Shown here one piece after another: positions 58,483 through 64,000 of a stretch of 64,000 nucleotides of DNA; position 1 is the first letter of the stretch, and each line of letters opens with the position of its first letter. The position numbers and the translations under genes were made by a program. The notes below the pieces were generated by a model, which was given only the letters and a program-made list of their open reading frames with translations, had not been told where the DNA came from and made no database searches. The DNA comes from Mantamonas sphyraenae STR306 (Eukaryota; Protista; CRuMs), in the NCBI GenBank assembly GCA_026936335.1, contig JAPMXV010000036.1, positions 62,001-126,000 of the forward strand, written 5' to 3'.

Positions 58483-60763
58483 GGCAGCAACTCGCGACGA
58501 GGAAGCACGGGTGGGGTCGGAGGAGGGGCCACGGGACGAAGCCGACCACAATCCGCACCCACAGAGCGTCGGGAGTACACAGGGGCAAGCCGACGAGGGA
58601 GTGGCAGCAGCAGTGCGTTGGTGTCGCACCATGCTCGTCGTCCACATCACCAGGGGGGCACAGCACAGGAGAAGGGGGTGGTGGTGGAGGATGAGGGACA
58701 GGGAATGGGTGGGTTGAGCAAGAAGCGTCTGCTGATCCATTTGTATCACCAGGACAGACACAACGGGGAACCGAACTGTCGGGCGGATGCGCGTGGGCAG
58801 CGTGCGTCACCGTCACACACGCTGACGGTGTCACGTAACGTGGCCAACATGACGGCGGTGATGCGTGCGTGTGTGCGTGCGCACACGGGTTCGATCCACG
58901 ACCACGACCGGTGGGTGTTGTACGACGCCGTGTCGGGCCAGGCGTTGCGTGACGTGAAGCAATTGCGTCGCGTCAACGACCTCGTGCTGCTCCTCGACTC
59001 GGATGCACTGCTGCATCGCAAACACATCACCGCACACGAGAGGCGCCGGGCTGTGCGTGAGTGCACACGGTGCGGGGCCCTGTTTTGTATGGCCGACGAG
59101 AGCACCTCGTGTGCGTACCATCCGGGCAAGCATCGCGACGGCATTTGGCTTTGTTGCCGTCGCGGCTACGACGACGGAGAGCCGTGCAAGAGTACCAACA
59201 GCCACGTGGGCGGAATTGTCATGCCCATGAAGCTTGCACCGCATGCAGCAGCAGGGGGAGCCCACGACGACGGGCACCACGTCGGCGAGGACACACACAC
59301 AAGCATGGATTTGGAGGACGATGACGACGACGACGACGATGACGATGAGGATGACCTCATGCTGCTTTCCAACCTGACTGGAGGGAGCAGCAGTGGGGAC
59401 GAGGAGGATGCAGGCAAGCACCATGCGGGTGCATCCCAAAGCCGGCGTCGTGAGTCGGGTGGGTTGCAGCGAGTGGATGAAGAGGAGGAGGGCAAGAGGA
59501 GGAGGAGGAGGAGGAGCACAGGGCAGGCGTGCCATGGCTGGCTCCTCGTCAACGTCTTCCTCCTCATCCTCCACTTCCAGTGGTAGCAGCAGCAGCAGTG
59601 GTTCACCATCCACGCCACGACGACACAAGCGACGCAAGGCACGCTTCTCCAAACAGACGGTGTCTCGGCTGTCCAAGCCACGCAACCCGCAGCCGTCCGA
59701 GGCGACGCAGCGGTGGATCGAATCGAAACAGCCGAAACCGGGCAAAAAGATGCGTGTGCCAGCCGCACGGTGGGCAGAACTCAGCACGCCGCGACGCACA
59801 AGCACACCGTCACCCTCACGGGAGGCATCCTCCTCGCCAAACAGCCGGGGGAGAGCACGTGGACGGCGTCCACACACGGCGTCACGGCGTCCGGGCAGGG
59901 GCAGAGACAGCCCAGTGACACCACGGAGCGATCGCAGCAGCAGCAACCATGGTGGGGGTGGTGGTGGTGGTGGTGGAGGAGGAGGAGGACGCAAGAGACC
60001 CACCACCGCCCGCGCACGCATGCAAGCGTACAGGCCGTTTGCCAAGGAGGAACAGGAGTTCCAGGCAGCCAAGCGGGAACACATTCTGGAAGAGCGACGA
60101 CGACGCGCAGAGGCACGCAGCCAAGGCACAGAGCCAAGGAGACCGACGACAGCGTCACGCAAGAAGCGATTCACATCCACGTCTGCGTCCAACACGCCAC
60201 GCAAACGCACATCCGCTGCGTCCTCGGCTTCGGCTTCGGCAAACCCAAGCAACACAAAGGCACGTGCACCCTCCCCGGCGGCGGTTGTGGAACGGCAGGA
60301 TTCAAAGGCGTCCGTGCGATCGACCGGCAGCCGTCGCAGCAACGCATCGGCATCGGCCTCACCGCGTCCATGGCATGGCAGGCGTCGATCGCGACGCACG
60401 TCGACCCATTCCGGCGGCGGCGATGTGCAGGAGGAGACGTATGTGTCGTCGTCCACCGCCTCGTTGTTTGAACAGCAGTATGACAACAGCAGCGGGTCGG
60501 CAAGCGGCGCAGGTGCAGGTGCAGGTGCAGGCGGCGGTGCGGCAGATGCGTTTGCTCGCCAGCTGGCCAGGCAGAGGGAGCTGGCAGCATTGAAAAAGGT
60601 GCAGGCGGCGCAACAGGAGGAACAGCAGCTGGCAGACGCTGCCGCCGCCGCCTCGGGCTCACGCACAGGCACCGATTGGAACGCAGACAGCGATGATGAC
60701 GATGACGATGATGATGATGACGATTCCGGATGGCTGAACAGTGCATTGTCCTTGGGGAAATGA
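57715..60763 (+). CDS. Large basic low-complexity protein with RLAKP-type repeats, a possible doublecortin-like domain and a BTK-like Zn motif
   Basis: Repeats RLAKP, RLAKP, RLSQS, RLYQG, RLSKP and ELSTP. LYDAVSGQALRDVKQL and CAYHPG..WLCC..C..H. Two ORFs are joined by one extra G at ~59491. Confidence 0.6.
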
Positions 60764-60811
60764 ACGACGACCTTCAAGCCAATCAAAAATCCCGTACCCC
60801 GTCCTTCCTCC

Positions 60812-61046
60812 ATGCCTGCGTCGGAGCTGTGGACACAACCAGTCTTGTGCGAAGGTCTACACGAGGGGACTGCGTGTGGCAAGGAGGCCTCACTCGAGTG
60901 TCGCGACTGCGACGCCTGGTACTGCGATCAATGCTCGGGCAGCGCACACGCACACGGCCGCAAGCGTGATCACACACACCTGCACGACTTGCCCCTTCTC
61001 AAACAACGTCGCGAACAGCTCACGGAAGTGTGCGGCGAATGTTCAC

Positions 61047-61087
<41 letters not shown>

Positions 61088-63866
61088 GTGTGTGTTCTGT
61101 GCAGACGCTCACCCCTTGCCCCCCCATCCTCATCAACCGCAGAACACCGCCACTTGGGAATGTACAGGCAAGGGATGTGGTGGCGAGGCCTTTTGCGACT
61201 CGTGCACACATGCCATCCATGCAGAGGGCGAGATGAAGCTGCACGAAGAGCAGGGCCATCTCCAGAGTGAGTTCTTTTTCCGTGGTGCGCCTGGGTTTGC
61301 TGATTCCTCCCACCGCTAACAACCGTCCCTTTTTGCTCCTTACAGAAATCCCTGTGCGCGCAGACGTCCAATGTGCCGCCTGCGAGCAGTGGACTGATAT
61401 CAACAGCGCCTATCTGCCTTCCGTGTGTCTCCATCCGCTGTGTGCCAATGTGCGTTTGCCCGACTGCACTGCCTTCCCAAGTCCGTCCGTGTGGTTGTTC
61501 ACTCACACCGCCCTCGCTTCGCCCTCCTTCCCCCCGTCTTCCCCCCTGCTCCCTCCCACACAGTGCTTCTCAGCTGCTGTGCAACAATCTCAGCTGTTCC
61601 ACTCCACACTCCGCTGTCCCACCGAGGTGCGTTTCTCGCCAAACGCCTCCATCTCCTTCCCCCAGCCGGCCGTTCTCTTCATAGTGTGCCCTTGCTCACC
61701 CGAACCCACTCACCACACCCCCCAAAACAGGCATGTGAAGTTGCCCTCGAACCTGCCTCCACGGCACAGGTCGTATCTATGGACCCACAGGGCAATTCCT
61801 CCTCGTCTTCTTCTTCAACCACCACCACCTCCTCCTCTGTTGCTGCAGGCGTGTCATCCACCCCTGTGCTTGGGTCAGGGACCAACACACTCCCTTCCAG
61901 CTCGTCTGCCGTGCGCCCCGGCCTGTATTGTGTCATCTGCCAGGAGGACAAAGAGTCTGAGCATCTGTACTTTCCCGACCAATGCCCACACCGCATGTGC
62001 TACCCGTGTGCCCGCGAGTACATGTGGCAATCCTTCATCGCCAACGATCTCGACGCCATCGAATGCTTCCAGACCGGATGCACCTGTGTGTTTTCCCGCC
62101 AGGAGATCGGCGTCATGTGTCGCTACGAGGAAGATTCGGCCGACGACAAACAGCAGGAGCTCATACGTGCCTTTGGCATCCTTGCCACCGGTGGCCGTTG
62201 GGTGCCTCCATCTCGCTTCCGCACCTCTCAACCCCGCCAAGGCACACCAGCAACCCAGTCACAACCAGAACCACAACCAGAGCCCCACATGGGCATCGTC
62301 GTTCGTCACCCATCCGACGGCACCCAGGTTGGCCTGGTCGAATACACCGCCGCCCACCGCCTTGACTCTGTCAGCCTGGACAATGCAGTCGTCCAGGAGT
62401 GCGACCGATGCAAGGCAAAGGTGAAGGACACGGGCTTCTACTGTCCCGAATGCGTGCACCTCCTGTGCTTGGAATGCATGTTTGCCGTCCACGACACTGT
62501 CGATGGCCACAATCCCAAGATGCTTGCAGAGGCGCTGGCCGAACATGCGGCGCGTCGTAGCGCACGGCCACATGGAAGCATCCCCGCCAACAATGGCGCC
62601 ACCACCGGTGATTCACAGCGAGACAACGAGGGCAATGACAATGCCACAGTGGTGGTGGTTGCCCCCGAACCGGAACCGGAGCCAGAACCGGAACCGGAAC
62701 CGGAACCGCCTGCGTTTCCGTGTGTTGTGTGTCACACCGAATACCCAGAGCCTGTGGCAGCGGTGCATGATGACCACACTGTGTGTGAGGGATGCATGAG
62801 CAAGGCCGTGCAAAAGGCCATTGGCAACAGCACACTGCAGCAGATGCATTGTCCGGAGCCCGAGTGCGGCGTCTCTTGCGACTTTGAGACCATTGTGCGT
62901 GTGGTGAGCGACGTGGCACTCAAGGAGCAGGTGGCAGCGGAGTATTGGAAGGACCCGCCACAGACCTACGAGTGTTCCGTGTGCCTCGATGACGATCTGG
63001 AGTTGGAGGACATGCGCACGCTGGATTGCGACCATCGCTTCTGCGAGGATTGTCTGTGCAGGAACTTTGAGGAGCGCATCAGCACACGCACCACACAGAT
63101 GGTGTGCATGCAGGCTGGCTGCCAGGTGCCCATTGCCCAAGCCCTCGTCCAGGACATCCTCACCAACAATGGCAAGGCCGATCTCTTTGCCACCTTTGAG
63201 ACCTTTCAACTCGAGGATCGCTTCTTGCGCAAGCACGGCGAGTATTGCCCGCTGTGCCACTCAGGTTACGTCACCGAAGGCCTCAACCCTGAGGTCAAGC
63301 GCGTGACCTGTCCCAACTGCCGCGAGTCCATCTGCCGCTCCTGTGCAGTGCAGTGGCACACCGACATGACCTGTGCTGATTACGTGTCCACGTTTCGCAA
63401 TCCCAACGCAGAAAGCGACCGCCGCTGGCTGGAGCGCTTCACAAAGGCGTGTCCCGAGTGCAGGACGCCCGTGCTGTACATGGACGAGGAGAACAGGCCC
63501 AAGGAGGCGTGCAACCACATGACATGCGGTGCCTGCGACCACGAGTTTTGCATGATTTGCCTCGAGGCATACAAGACCGGCCACTACTCACGCGACACCA
63601 CCGAGTGTCCCATTTCCAACATCAAGATCTACCAGGACAAGAACGAGGGCCACATTGTCAAGATGAAGGAGAGCCATCCCTTCAACAGCTTCACCGTGGC
63701 ACGCTACGACCCGCAGCAGCCCGACGACGCCGCCGAGCTCAAACCAGACAAGCGGACGGTTGTCATTCATGTCAATTCTACAAACAATCTCATCTTCCAG
63801 GTTGTCTGTCCCAAGGGCCCCTGTCCCTACGAAATCTACGACAGCGCGGAACTGGCCGCCGAGTGA
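60812..63866 (+). CDS. RBR (RING-IBR-RING) E3 ubiquitin ligase with two N-terminal B-boxes and extra RING-like fingers (about 887 aa)
   Basis: Exons 60812-61048, 61143-61266, 61346-61449, 61564-61626, 61731-63866, with consistent phases. RING2 reads ACNHMTCGACDHEFCMICL. Confidence 0.85.
61049..61085 (+). repeat. (GT)n microsatellite forming the 5' end of an intron
   Basis: CAG|gtgtgtgt... about 18 units. Similar CA/GT/GA tracts lie at 10533-10559, 38200-38230 and 55065-55091. Confidence 0.85.
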
Positions 63867-64000
63867 GCGCCCACTGAGCGCCCACGCTGCTGCCTCACTC
63901 GCGCTCGTACAGGCAATAGAACACATTCGTACACACGCGATGCTCGTGATCCTCCTTGTCCGCACCGTGCACCTGCATGCGCGCCTCGTCCTCCCTGTTG

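Noticed and set aside
3885-60722. (GAC/TCG)n, (CAG)n and (GGA/GGT)n tracts as possible arrays or CRISPR-like repeats
   Set aside because: They are coding homopolymer runs (poly-D, S, Q, G) with no spacer structure.
1-64000. Transposons, introner families, tRNA/rRNA genes, viral inserts
   Set aside because: I saw no transposase, RT or capsid motifs, no sequence similarity among introns, and no cloverleaf or rRNA signatures. Very little unassigned sequence remains.

Overview
Eukaryotic nuclear DNA from a GC-rich, flagellated protist (IFT dynein and CFAP91 are present). The taxon cannot be determined from this window. About 30 protein-coding genes are packed very tightly, with most gaps under 200 bp. 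Introns are short (about 60-350 nt), GT-AG with one GC-AG, with donors mostly GTRNGT and CTGAC/CTCAC/CTAAC branch sites. The standard code fits. Recognised genes: DYNC2H1 (5' part), eIF5B, a CELF/Bruno RRM protein, a Dgk1-like kinase, a PdeD/GbpA-type cyclic-nucleotide phosphodiesterase, SPCS2, a PKA regulatory subunit, a degenerate GT8, SF3B3, RagA/B, CFAP91, SMIM30-like, NAR1/CIAO3, acyl-CoA dehydrogenase, class II photolyase, a signal-peptide OGT-like GT41, PDI-like, PIG-A, a saposin-purple acid phosphatase fusion and a multi-RING RBR ligase. Several spliced micro-genes are invisible in the ORF track. At least seven genes carry single-base frameshifts, almost all in short homopolymers, which are most likely assembly errors. 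The best leads are a ~200-nt strand-specific RNA structure in SF3B3 intron 2, a histidine-brace LPMO-like secreted protein, an AATGAA 3'-end signal sometimes fused to the stop codon, a head-to-head EF-hand/CFAP91 pair with 47 bp between start codons, and a PDE/PKA-R neighbourhood. All exon boundaries were read by eye and no database searches were run.
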